Below, piece by piece: positions 17,690-30,954 of a stretch of 64,000 bases of DNA (positions within the stretch are counted from its first letter, which is position 1; every line of letters starts with the position of its first letter). Source of the stretch: Octopus vulgaris. Lineage: Eukaryota. The notes below the pieces were generated by a model. The model worked only from the letters and a program-made list of their open reading frames with translations. It was not told the DNA's origin and made no database searches. The stretch spans positions 32,674,001 to 32,738,000 of the forward strand of contig OX597821.1 of the NCBI GenBank assembly GCA_951406725.2. The letters run 5' to 3'. The position numbers were made by a program, and so were the translations under genes.

Positions 17690-17926
17690 TCAAAGAGTCA
17701 CAATGGTTTTCCTGTGAAATTCCAGGCTCTTTGCTTGACACTGCCAGTTCTATATGAAAAGTATTTTATGCCTACCATTACGAGATGCAGCTCGATATCA
17801 AGAAATCCGCTACCGGAAGTACGACAACGACACGCTGTACGAAGGAAAATGAACAATAATGATAATAATAATAATAATAATAATAACAACAACAACAACA
17901 ATAATGATGATGATGATGATGACTGA
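17690..17926 (+). CDS. Candidate terminal exon, unknown product
   Basis: Strong poly-T acceptor (ttttttttttcttttttag|TCA) and an open frame SKSHNGFPVKFQALC... to a stop after a poly-N/D run. No homology recognised. Confidence 0.12.
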   Translation, partial: SKSHNGFPVKFQALCLTLPVLYEKYFMPTITRCSSISRNPLPEVRQRHAVRRKMNNNDNNNNNNNNNNNNNNDDDDDD

Positions 17927-18239
17927 TAATTTAAAAGGCAATATTAATAATCGTTAATATAACAGTGAGAGCAGCAATAATAATACCATTATAACTTGAA
18001 TAAACGTGGACAAAAGACATTAGGAAGTATGACAATTCTGGATGTGAATATTAAACACGAATATATAGACACGTGTGATCACACAGACAAATACAAGTAT
18101 TTGTACTCATGTATGCATATGTGTATTCATGTATGATTCTATGAATATGTATATGTATGCATATATACAGTAAGTACACGAATAACGTAAAAAGTGCGTT
18201 AAGAGGAAACTATGCTGATTTGTAAAATAAGAGAATATA

Positions 18240-18315
<76 letters not shown>

Positions 18316-18475
18316 GTATATATATGTATATGTATATATGTATGTATATGTATGTTTATTTGTATGTGTATGTGTGTATGTATGTGTGATGTATGTACGT
18401 ACATATGTATGTATGTGTGTATGTATATATGTATGTGTGTATATATATGTATTTGTATATATATGTGTGTATATG

Positions 18476-18520
<45 letters not shown>

Positions 18521-18579
18521 ATATATATATACAGAGAGAGAGAGAAAAGAGATAGATAGAATGGGTGCTAAGCTTGCAA

Positions 18580-18672
18580 AGAATGAGTCCTGAGGTCGAG
18601 TTGTTCGACTAAAGGCGGTGCTCCAGCATGGCCGCAGTCAAATGAATGAAACAAGTAAAAGAGTAAAAGAGC
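18580..18672 (+). mobile_element. SINE 3' fragment
   Basis: GACTAAAGGCGGTGCTCCAGCATGGCCGCAGTCAAATGA followed by an A-rich tail. The same motif occurs in reverse complement at about 61969-61990. Confidence 0.55.
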
Positions 18673-18827
18673 AATATAAGACAAACGTATATGCGAGGAT
18701 ATTATACAATAGAAGAAAAGAAACAAGCATAAAGAAGTAAAGAGAATGAAGCATTAAGTATTTGCAGAAAAAATAAAACAAGAATGAGACTATTATAAGG
18801 AAAACGCAAAAAGCATAATAGAATTCA

Positions 18828-18904
<77 letters not shown>

Positions 18905-18905
18905 C

Positions 18906-18988
<83 letters not shown>

Positions 18989-19010
18989 TGATGATAATAA
19001 TAATAATAAT
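18828..19010. repeat. (TAA)n microsatellite
   Basis: Direct inspection. Similar tracts at 12925-13010, 13537-13657 and 15951-16062. Confidence 0.95.
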
Positions 19011-19211
19011 CTTGACGTTAGAAGAGGAAAACTAATAATGATAATAATTACAATGTTGATGTAAATAAATGAGTTGAAAGAAAAAGGAAATTTCTGCGAA
19101 AAGGCAGAAATTCTTGTAGAAGTGGCAACTGGAGTCTATGACCATGTGACTAGAGTAAATAATGAGTAATTCCGATTAAAAAACTGCGTGATAGAATTGC
19201 CATATATGTAG

Positions 19212-19310
<99 letters not shown>

Positions 19311-19575
19311 GTGTGTAGTATATATATATATATATATACACAGATACATACATACATACATACATATATACATACATATATATGTATATATATATACACC
19401 TACATATAGGTAGATAGGTATATATGTATACAAGTACGAATATATGAAAGTATATATATATATATATACATGTATGTATATATATATGTATGTGTATATA
19501 TATATGTGTGTGTGATTATAGTGTGTATATGTATATATGTATGTTGTAAATATATACTAAGATGCACATGTATGC

Positions 19576-19614
<39 letters not shown>

Positions 19615-19695
19615 GTATACTTGGATATATACTTAATGTATATATATATATGCATGCATATAAATGTAAACACCCACACACACATATATATATAC

Positions 19696-19727
<32 letters not shown>

Positions 19728-21239
19728 GGTAGAGCGAGCGAGTGAGTGAGAAAGGGTCTATTATAAGGGAGTGAGGGAGAGAGAGAGAGAAAATGGGTTA
19801 GAGAAAGATAGAGAAAATATATTGGTAGAAAAAAATAATGAAGTCTTTTATACACACATTATGGGAAAGTGAAAGCTGACGAAAGATCTATAGAACAACA
19901 TTTTAAAGGAAAGAATGAATGTTATGTATAAAGGAAGAAAGATTATTTGTGATAAATAACGTAGCAATTGTAGAAGATACATAGATTATGACAAAAAGCA
20001 AGGGAACGTAATGATGGAAGCATAGTTATTGAGAAGCATGTGCATGTGATTGTGTGTGTGTATAATACAAATATACAAACGCGCGCAGATTTACACGCCA
20101 GGCGCACACACGAATGTACACTGAGAACCGATGAAAAGTCTCGGAATGCAAATATCATAGACAAACAACAATGAGAGACTGATAAGTTAATAAAGAAGAT
20201 GAAGCTATGCGAAAAACAGGGCGAAATAATTATAACTAGACAATACATGAAAGGAAAAACAAATAGATATAAACAACAAATAAATATAAACAACAAAGCA
20301 CCACGCATATTCATACTTTCACTTATACAAGCACATATGCATACATACCTACATACCTACATACATAAGTGTGCCCGTACGTACATATATACATGCAATC
20401 GTACAAACATACATGCCAACATATATATACATCCGATCAGTCGCACGTACGTACGTATATACAAAACCTGACGAAGATCGTTTGGATAACTATTTAATCA
20501 AATGGAAATAAGAAAACGTCCCAAAACACAGAAAGAAAATTCCCGATTCGAAATAACTAATCAGAAAGTTTGAAAATGCTTTGAATTTCTTTCGTTTCAT
20601 TAGGCACACTAGAATGTTAATTGGAAATGGTATAGCCAGAATTTTTGCAACAGATTCGTTAAAATTATATTTACATGTATGTATTTTTGTTTTTACCTGG
20701 ATTAAAATTCATAGAAATGGAAACGCATTTATAATGTTAGTGGTAATGAATAGAATACCTCAAAAAGAATTATTTACAAGCCGAAGCGGAAAGGGACAGC
20801 GCCCATGATATGTGCAGTCACTCACAGATTTTCCAGCCAGAATATCTTCCGGGTAATAATACATTCAGAGGAATATAAGAGCGTAACTCAGCTGCGTTCT
20901 TCAAAGTGAAAGCTGCTAAATATATGCAAAATATATGCAAAATATAGGTAGTTGTTTTAAACTGGCGGTACATTTGATGTACTACTCTGTCTCGAGAAAT
21001 GGAGCGCTTGACCTTCGGGAAATAGTAGTCAATTTTGTAGAGAATGTAGACAAAAAGATATAAGGAGAGAATGATGAAATGGTTATGTATGGGATGCATT
21101 TGTTCATAGAACTGCTCTATCAGAACTAACGACACAACCACAAGGTTATGTTGTTACAAGGTCACAATTTTTTTCTTCCCTATGTAAAAGAAAAAGGAGC
21201 AAAGCTCATGGTAGGAACATGTCCCCATATTATTCGTTC

Positions 21240-21441
21240 AAATGTTGACACAGGGCAGCAATTTCGCGTGAGACTGTAAGTCGATTACATCGACACCAGT
21301 ATTTAACTGATACTTAATTTATCGACGCCGAAAGGGATAAAAGGCAAAGTCGACCACGGCGGAATTTAATCTCAGAACTTAAAGACAGGCGAAATGCTGC
21401 TAAGCATTTAGCCCGACATACTAACGAATCTCCCAGCTTGC
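21240..21441 (-). mobile_element. tRNA-derived SINE family A
   Basis: Reverse complement matches the 21901-22122 copy, including the central box GCCTTTCATCCTTTCGGGGTCGATAAA. Confidence 0.8.
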
Positions 21442-21900
21442 AGTGTCACATCTCGATATTGCTAGTAGGTCCCCCGTATACATTCGTGAATTAGACTGTT
21501 AAAGTTGATGTTCGGTTTGAGACATTTCTACCGCTAGATACTCTGTGAGGAAAATAATGTATATGGGAAAGGAATTTGCAGGTGCACCGAGTTTCGGGAT
21601 TAAATACCGGTGGACTATTTATTTGATGCTGGTTGTGGCGTATTGTTGCAACAGTGGATGTAATATTGGCACAAGTGCAAGCCTTCCTAATTTTGCTCTC
21701 TGCTGTGAAGAGAATATCTTTTTGATGGCTGGTGACACTGCACATGTAGAACCAGAGGCTTTCACTGTCACAAAAAAAATCGAATGCATTTGGTAGCTTA
21801 ATTAGGGCGATCAGCGACTTTTCTCTTCACACGTGTTGGTCTCTCCACTCGTCGATATTTTATATCTCGGCACTTCTATGACACTTTGCATCTATTGATT

Positions 21901-22122
21901 GAGCTGGCAGAAACGTTAGCGCGACGGTCAAAATGCTTAGCGATATTTCGTCTGCCGCTACGTTCAGAGTTCAAATTTCGCCGAGGTCGACTTTGCCTTT
22001 CATCCTTTCGGGGTCGATAAATTAAGTACCAGTTACGCACTGGGGTCGATATAATCGGCTTAATCCGTTTGTCTTTGTTCGTCCCCTCTGTGTTTAGCCC
22101 CTTGTGGGCAATAAAGAAATAG
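21901..22122 (+). mobile_element. tRNA-derived SINE family A, near full length
   Basis: GAGCTGGCAGAAACGTTAGC (A-box-like), GAGTTCAAAT (B-box), central GTCGACTTTGCCTTTCATCCTTTCGGGGTCGATAAATTAAGTACCAG, and an AATAAAGAAATA end. More than 15 related copies occur in the window. Confidence 0.9.
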
Positions 22123-22775
22123 ATTATCTCACGGAAGATTCCCGTGGCTTGTCTCGGCTATTTCATTCTGTATCTCTTGTCGGTCGGTGACACTCTTTGC
22201 AGAAATTTTGCCATATCTATTTTTTATTACTGTTGTTGCTATTGGTGTTGCTCCCAGAAAGGATGGAGGTGTCAACTGACGTAGAAACAGTGGTGGTGGT
22301 CATGCTGGCAATAATGATAGCAATATCTATTGCAAGATTAGCAAAATGTTTAGTTGTTTTGCTGATCTCAGCTACGATAGATTTGTGTCCAATTTCTTGC
22401 AATGGCTGATGGTGAGGCAATGGGTGATGATAATGATGGTACTAGTGAAGTAAGCAGTTTGATGACGTGCTGTTCATGGGATAACAGCAAGGTTGTTGTT
22501 CATATTGTCGCGTGCCATTTTACTACTTTATTTTCTTGTTTTGAGGTTACTGTAGTTGTTGATCTTATTTCTGTTGACTATGTTATTGTTACTGTGGCAT
22601 TTCGACACGTTTTGCTCTTCTTATTATTATCACATTTCACCCTCGATATTTTTTGTTTATTGAGAAGCCTTCTTTGTTTCATTGCTATGTTGTACTAAAG
22701 CATTACCACCGTTTTCAGAGTCAACACATATATAGCCTGTTAAACAATTACTCCAGAATCAACATTTTGCTACAG

Positions 22776-22865
22776 CTAGCAAAGATGTCAAAGCAAGAAA
22801 CAACCCCACTGCTACGGCGGTTATGTCTGTCATCGCTGCCTCCTTACTGGTCTTCATGCTCGAAA
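22776..22865 (+). CDS. Candidate 90-nt internal exon (hydrophobic stretch TAVMSVIAASLLVFMLE, or alternative frame MSKQETTPLL...)
   Basis: ttttgctacag|CTAGC...CTCGAAA|gtaagta. Length is divisible by 3, two frames are open and GC is raised. No homology recognised. Confidence 0.3.
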
Positions 22866-23096
22866 GTAAGTATATAACACAGCAGATTTGAAGGGTGTGC
22901 GTATCGGGGAGTATACTTTACCGACACCAAGATATTGAAAGCTAAGGGTATCACAATTGGATATAACCCAAAAATCTGCGGGAAAACGAAACTAAATACA
23001 ATTTGCAAATGTCATAAATTCGGTTTACAGAGTAGAGAAATATTTGAAAAGTAGAAGGTTGTTGACTTGATCTCCATAAAAGAATGGCGCAAGGAA

Positions 23097-23175
23097 GCGA
23101 GCTGGCAGAATCGTTAGCACTCACATTCCGAGTTTCAGTTCCTCTGAGGTCGACTTTACCTTTCATCCCTTTTGG
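23097..23175 (+). mobile_element. SINE family A fragment
   Basis: GCGAGCTGGCAGAATCGTTAGCAC...GAGGTCGACTTTACCTTTCATCC. Confidence 0.7.
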
Positions 23176-25314
23176 CATCAATGTATGTGGTAATGGCATG
23201 GCTAACGAAGTATGCATGCCGGTTTGCGAATACATAGTTATCTAAAACAGTTGGAGAAAGCAGAGTACATATTTATTTTTGAGAGGTGGTTATGTCTTTT
23301 TTAAGTTGATTTCTAACATTAGAAACATACAAAAAAAATATACTTAATTTGAAAGAGGATATAGTCGCTGAAATAATATAACTGATATTTCATTGGCGTA
23401 ATTATTTCAACAACACATTAGAATGAAAGACAGTATCAACTTCAGCTGAGTTGGAAATCAGAATATAGAAATATGCAGGTAACTATCACAGCACTTAATC
23501 TGCTACTATTCCACTTCTACAATTCCGAAGTCACCTGTGTCGCAATAAAAATATGACGATAAATACACCCACCTAATTTATTTGCTCGTAAATCTACTTT
23601 TTAAAATATTCAAAGTAGTACAACAAATTTTATATTACAAAAAGAAAAACCGTAGTTCATTGCTAAACAAAACATGTTTTATTCATATTCTAGTATGAGA
23701 AGAGCCAAAACCAACAGCATCACAAGACTATATCAATTAAAGATATACGTTGGTCTCCTTCGACCAAGCACGATGACGAATATATTTTCAGAGAAAGAAT
23801 AATTAGAAATTTATCACGTCCGAAAATCTCGAAAACGTTAGCAGAATAATCTTTTGTTTTATTCATTTTTTCTTTGCTTTTATTGTTATTGTTGTTGCTA
23901 CTGCTGTTTTAGTGGGAATGAGGCATTGAGTCCCTAGTTAACTGAAAAGACCTATAAATGAAAGCATTCCATTGCAAAACCTCCATTTTATTTTTAGTTA
24001 TAGAATATAGAAGACTATATTATCAAATATATTCGTTTATAGTAACACCTGTAATCCTTGATTTGATTAATGGTACGAACTAGGATCTTGAATGTTCCAT
24101 ATCGGAAATGTGCTCCATCTAAAGCACCTATTCTGATATTACGTATCACGTGGTGAGTAATTATTATTGCATTAGAGTAGCAACTAGATCGTAATAGGTC
24201 TTTTTCTATTAATATGTAGGAGATAAAAAGAAATATCATATATAAATTATCATAGATGTGATCCCAATAAACATTTATTTTCGTGCGTATATTTCAGACA
24301 TATCATTGCAATGTATAAACAGATATTCAGAACACAAGAAGAGAAAAGTGAAAGAGAATCAAGAAAGAAACAGAAATAAGAAGGTAAGAGGACATTTCCG
24401 GATCCGGATATTTCTTCCAAAAGGGCTAAGTAGTAAACAATATCAACAGAAACCCAGTGGATTACTCGTTGGAGTGCGAGACACATTTTCCCCGAATAAA
24501 AATCGTAGCAGAAAAGACCAAATATACTAGAATGTTATAGTCTAACTGAAATTTTAGTTCTTAGTGAAATGAGGTTAGAATTCCTTGGTGTATCTTATGC
24601 GATTTTCTATATTGACAGTAATAACTCTTTGGAGGGTTTGAACTCCTGTTTCTTTGGATTATGTGCTTCAAACGCATTTCATGCAGTCAAAGCAAGTCAG
24701 GACAAAACATAAGGTTGCATGCACATTATTTGTTAGGTGAATTTAACCTGAATATAGTCTTGTTTTCAAACATATACTCTAAAATATCAAAGGTAAAATT
24801 TTATTCAATAAAACTTTATGCAACACCAGGTTATACACATGTATATCGAGCAACAGTTTTAATACGTTACCTTTAATATACAACTTGTGAGTTTAAAAAT
24901 TCAAAACACATTTCTCTCTTCCAACGACTTTTGCGAGAAAACGAGTTCTAAATCAGCAACACTTTAAAGGATAGAATCATTAAAATAGCATATTATAGGA
25001 TGTTCCAGCAGTCAAAAATAGGACAATGGTGCCAATACGTCAGAAATGTACAAGGAAATACCCTGTTACTGAAATACCTTTCACTATTAGCCGCTTTGTG
25101 GGGATCCTGTGCAATAAGTCGGAGATTCACAAGACTGAAGCAGTTACTATTTTCGGAACTACTGAATAAGTCTAAAATATCTTTGACTATAGATAGAAAA
25201 TTCTTCTGGAACGCACGGGCCTTTAATCATTGCGTCTTGTTTCAGCTGTCCTATCTCCATCTAAATCGATTGTTTAAAATAATTTTCTTGAAGCCTCAGT
25301 GGTGTGAAATAGGA

Positions 25315-25740
25315 TGCATGGGATGGAGTACACGAAGTCTTTGGTCATATTCTCTTCTATTGGTGGTTTTACTCTAAGGAGATATTTGCGAAGTGTTGTA
25401 TTACTTTTGAATACTACCCTGATGTCATATTGGCCGCATATATTTTATATCTTTTTAGAGAAGCCTTTCACATAGGATAGACAGACTGTGGACAGTATTG
25501 GTTTCATCCTCTCTTTTCTTCATAATTGGAGTGGATGGTATATTCTTGGGAAGTTGTTACTTAATAGATTGTTACTGGGCTTCACCATTTCTTCGTGGTG
25601 GGTATCATGATCGTTACTTATATTCTTTGCTCGATGTTTTAGGTACTGAGCAATCCCGCTCTTTACACTGTATTGATGGTAGGAATTGAATTTGAGGTCG
25701 CGACCAATGATTGTCGGCTTGCGGTATACGGATGTCCTGA
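25315..25740 (-). mobile_element. Penelope-like retroelement remnant (RT thumb/linker to start of GIY-YIG)
   Basis: Minus strand: FRTSVYRKPT.IGRDLKFNSYHQYSVKSGIAQYLKHRAKNIS and TVCLSYVKGFSKKI*NICGQYDIRVVFKSNTTLRKYLLRVKPPIEENMTKDFVYSIPC. Confidence 0.85.
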
Positions 25741-26502
25741 ATCAATACTGGAAAATGTCACCGCTGATCTACCATGTGCAATAATAAATAAAATTATCTG
25801 GTGTCGCTGTTTCGCCAACCAAGCCACGTGATGTGAATTGACCAAGAGATGTATTTAGATAAACTTACTTAGAAGGTATAATTATTTCTACTTTAGGACA
25901 CCGGATCAGTGACGGGTTATTTACAAGAGCGAAACTCTTTTATGTTAATAAACACTTCTTGTCAATAAACATTTTTGTCAACGTGTCTGCCAAATCTTCA
26001 GTATCAAAAACTACTGGTGCCTTTTCTCGGAACAGTAATGGCATTAAGATAAATAACGTGATGACATCTTGTAATCGAAATTGCCTAATCGTTTACCTTC
26101 AGATCACCATTAATTCAAGAGCCCCATGATGGGATTGACATCAACAAAGTATCCCCCATCTTAGTGCTTCAGATATTGTGCATCGTGAACATTATCCATC
26201 GTGTATCTTCTTTATTATGCACATGGTATAGTGTAATTCGTCATTTGGAAAACTTATCTGTAGCAAATCGAATGACCATAGTCGCTCCATCAGAGAATTT
26301 TCGAACCTGGGTAACCTCAGTTTGTACTTATCTTTCATTGATGAGGACAAAATGAAAGTATATACACCGCTATGACACGAACTCACAACAGGTAAAGTTA
26401 CTCTGTAATGTATGAAATATTCTACATGAATTTAGATTTGCAGCTGTCTGGATCAACCCTAGCACGAGCATACACACATACAAACTCCAACACGAACACA
26501 TA

Positions 26503-26901
26503 TTCTTTTCCACTCTAGGCACAAGGCTCGAAATTTTGGGTTAGAGGGCCAGTCGATTAGATCGATCCCAGTATGCAACTGGTACTTAATTTATCGACCC
26601 CGAAATGATGAAAGGCAAAGTCAACCTCGGCGGAATTTGAACTCAGAATGTAGAGACGGATGAAATACCTATTTCTTTACTACCCACAAGTGGCTAAACA
26701 CAGAGGGGACAAACAAGAACAGACAAACGGATTAAGTCGATTACATCGACCCCAGTGCGTAACTGGTACTTAATTTATCGACCCCGAAAGGATGACAGGC
26801 AAAGTCGACCTCGGCAGAATTTGAACTCAGAACGTAACGGCAGACGAAATACGGCAACGCATTTCGCCCGGCGTGCTAACGTTTCTGCCAGCTCGCCGCC
26901 T
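26503..26901 (-). mobile_element. Two tandem SINE family A copies
   Basis: Two reverse-complement copies of the central box (about 26570-26650 and about 26740-26830); head GGCGGCGAGCTGGCAG at about 26900. Confidence 0.9.
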
Positions 26902-27698
26902 TAACACGAACACATATTAACACACTCATGCACACCTCACATATATGCGAACATATATGAAGCACAGACGGACGCATACACACACACACATACATACACA
27001 TAGCCACACACACATAGACATACGCACACAAATACACGCATATACATTATGACAAAGAAAGAGAAATATAGAGATGTAGTGGAAGTAATGTGCGGAAGAT
27101 ACAGACAGAGGATGACATTGCTCTTCCCCCTCCGTCAGTCTTTCCCTACCTGCGACTGTATTTCTTTCCTCTCCTATCTCTATCTACCTATCTATCTATC
27201 TATCCATCTATCTACCTATCTATCTGTATGTGTGTGAAATAACGTAGAAGAACTGTTAGTGTCATTTTATCAGATTAATAACGAGAATTAGCAAAAAGCT
27301 AACTACACAAAAAGAAAGTGTTAGAGGAGAAGGGGAGAAGGTGGAGAAGGAGGAGGAAGAGGAGGAGAAAGTTGTTGAAGAATTCGGTGGAGGGAGCGAA
27401 AAACAAGAATATGAGAGAGTGGCTGCACAACCAGTTTACTCTCTGTCCATTCTTTATGCATGCACACGCACAAACATACATACAAACATCACACACATAT
27501 ACATATTTAACCCACACACGCACGCACAGTACCATGCACACAACATACAGTCAATACATTTATACATATTATATTATATTATATATATATATATTTATAT
27601 ATATATTTATATATATACATATGTATGTATGTATATGTGTGTATATATATATATATAATGTAATATGTATAAATGTATGTATGTATATAAATGTATAA

Positions 27699-27788
<90 letters not shown>

Positions 27789-28493
27789 TTGTGTGTATGT
27801 ATGTATGTACACAGAGAGAGGCAGAGGGAGATCAATTGAATGCAAGACCATTTGGTTGGATTGGAACCAGCGAATGGGGGATTGTAGAGACAACAAGCAG
27901 CAAGCAGAACAGTTACTCATGAACGAACTTAGAAATCTCTTGCTACTTACTTCTAAGATTCCGTTGTACGGACAATTGAACACGTCTTTCAGCTGATTAA
28001 TGGCTAACAACAAATGAAATTTTTACTCCAGACCCGTGAGGGAAAGATTTTTAATTGATGCAGTCTGAGAAAAAATGTTCACATATAATTTGCATTATTG
28101 TTTTTGTTACTGTTATTGTTGCGGTTTTATTTTAATTTTTTATGTTTATATATTTTTCGAATATGTTGGCATTGCTGGGGTTTTTTCCTATCGTAATTTC
28201 TCTCTTTCGTTATTTTTATTTCTCTATCCATTCAGTTCTTCATTCATTTCATTCACTTATTTGACCATTTATGTATTCAATCACTTATGCAGTTCTCATT
28301 TTTATCTTTCCTACCTTTCGTACTTCTCTGCAATCTATCTTCATTTCTTCCGCCATTTTCCGTATTTCTTTCTATCATATTTCTTCTTCTTTTCTGTCTC
28401 ATTCCATGTTATTTGTTCTTTCTCATTTTCTACTTTGTATTCTTCTTTGATACTATCTATTTTTCTTTCTGTTGCTCTTCGCTCAGTTAGGTG

Positions 28494-28662
28494 GGTGGAT
28501 TGGTAGAATCGTTAGTGCGTCAAAGACAAACGCCTTACGGAATTTGTTCCGTCTCTTTAAGTTCTGGGTAAAAATCCTGCCGCTGTCAACTTTGCTTTCC
28601 TCTTTTCAAGGTCGATAAAATAAAGTACCAAGCAAATACTAAAAAGATGTAATCGATTGACC
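28494..28662 (+). mobile_element. SINE family A, diverged
   Basis: TGGTAGAATCGTTAG...GTCAACTTTGCTTTCCTCTTTTCAAGGTCGATAAAATAAAGTACC. Confidence 0.7.
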
Positions 28663-29499
28663 CTTTTTGACAGCCTTCATTACTTCAACTGATCTTCTTC
28701 TCCCCATCGTTATCATAATCACATTTATCTTATACATCTATCTCAATTTTCTCAGCATACTCTTCCATACATACATTTTGCCTGCGTAGTTTGTTTTTTA
28801 AGTGCTTTGGTTTTACTGGGATCGCTCTTTTAAGTAGAAAGAATAGCCAAAACTTTTTGACTGCTATTTCTAAATTCGGTATGTGGTGAGGCAAATCGTT
28901 GCTGAACCCTTAATTAATTAGTATTACTTAAACCATCCTTGAATGGGTCTTTTACATGCCGAACTCTACTTGGTGAAATTAATGATTATTTCTAAATTAA
29001 TTAATTTCACCCTATATTATTGATAATTATTTCAAACACACGTAGATTTGAAATTTGTAAATGAAGATTTTCCAATCGTTTACCTAAATGCTCGTTCATG
29101 AACTTGTTTCGTAGTAATGGACATCGGGTAGCGTCGGTGACACAGTTTGACGTGTCCGGCATTTCATCGATTTGGCCAACTACAATCTATTGTCTCGCTA
29201 ACAGATATCAAGTTACAAGGGTCACAGGATTATGACGTAAATCATTCCTATTTCAATAAGTTAATAATAGAGAGAACAGTTAGAATGACACTGTCGTCTG
29301 TTTGTTATGTTTATAATTTTACTTTTGTACAGTTAATAAAACAAAATGGGGAAAAATTCGAAAATATATGGATACTCTGCGTTTAACAATTTTGCTGTTT
29401 TCCTTTCGGCTCAGATAACTAGAGAATTGATACAAGTTCGTCTGTAGATTTGACCTGTAGTAGTCTCGTGCACTATATGCCTCTCACTATATGCCTCAA

Positions 29500-29712
29500 A
29501 GGCGACGAATTGGCAGAAACGTTAGCACGCCGGGCGAAATGCGTAGCCGTATTTCGTCTGTCGTTACGTTCTGAGTTCAAATTCCGCTGAGGTCGATTTT
29601 GCATTTCATCCTTTCGGGGTCGATAAATTAAGTACCAGTTACGCACTGGGGTCGATGTAATCGACTTAATCCGTTTATCTGTCCTTGTTTGTCCCCTCTA
29701 TGTTTAGCCCCT
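29500..29712 (+). mobile_element. SINE family A
   Basis: Close match to 21901-22122. Confidence 0.9.
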
Positions 29713-30590
29713 TCTCTATATCACTTCATTGTATTCTATTGTCTAATTTTTCTCTTTTTGTACATTTATTTCTTCTCTGTTCTCATTCCCTCAATTTCCT
29801 TTGTATTTTATTTTTTGCTTGTTTCTTTCATTTTGTTTTTCCCTTTTCAATCTTAGTTTCGTTCATCTGCCAGATGTACAGTTTCTTCACCATCTCTTCT
29901 CTGTTTCTAATATAACGATATGTTTTCCAGACAAAACCTACTCTCGGTTGTTCTTTTTTCTGTCTCATCTTTCAGACCCCGCTCAAAAATATTTCACCCA
30001 AATTCCTACTCCATGAATGCAGTCTGCTAGAATTCTCTCTCCAGTCACGATTTGCCCGCAAACAATGACTTTCAAATATTCTAACTGAATATCAACCTTC
30101 GCATTCCGATATCTTCACCTCATACGATAACTTATTTAAATAAATACACATTCTACGACATACCTTTACGAGAAAAAATATCTAGCAGCTGCAAATTAGT
30201 ATATAAAACACTAGATCATATCCCTTGTGAAAAATAAAATTTATCAGTTGACTGCTTAGTGATATTGTCAACATCTTCGTTAAAAAACAGAAAGCTATAA
30301 ATAAAATCATCAAACAATGCCGAGATATTATTATATAATCCCAGATCGACCTTAATCGAGGGGTATTATAATCAAAAATGTTCTGACCAGAAACATCATG
30401 ACTTATTTGTATATTGGACTATAGTGGTTTCGTCTCTAACGTAGTAGGCTGAATTCCGAGGAAGATTCAAATCTGATGGCGAGCAAATAGTCTACACAAT
30501 TGTTGCTATAAGGCAGTGACCTGAGTAACAACAACAACAACAACAACATCGAAAAATACCTTAGGAAATTTCAGGTTCGAATTTCTCCAA

Positions 30591-30636
30591 GACACCTGAT
30601 GAAGGATGGAGGGTGTATCAGCCGAAACGTTGAGTT
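30591..30636 (+). ncRNA. Minimal type I hammerhead ribozyme (loopless stem III, family H2)
   Basis: GACAC-CUGAUGA-a-GGaUG[gaggguguau]CAgCC-GAAAC-GUU-GaGUU. The core is intact, stem III is the palindrome AACGUU, and stems I and II carry single mismatches. Confidence 0.7.
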
Positions 30637-30886
30637 AACAACAAAATAGATGAGGCCAAATATCCGTGAATTGTAAATAATATAAATAAAGAACTTTTCT
30701 TTTCTTTTCGAAAGAAAGAAAGAAAGAAAGAAATACGATCAAAAGCGTATAAGACGTGTAAACAGCAAAATAAGTGGCAGTAAAAATGTAAAACAGATTA
30801 GGTTTATCCGCAGAAAGAAAAGCCTACGAAAAAGACCCCGGTAAACTCAGGCAGAGAAAGAAAGACATGAGAGCAAAGCGCTCTCT

Positions 30887-30944
<58 letters not shown>

Positions 30945-30954
<10 letters not shown>

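Noticed and set aside
20469-20510. CTGACGAAG motif
   Set aside because: No complementary stems or properly placed GAAA and NUH.
21491-21796. Overlapping ORFs of 83-84 aa
   Set aside because: No recognisable domain or convincing splice signals.
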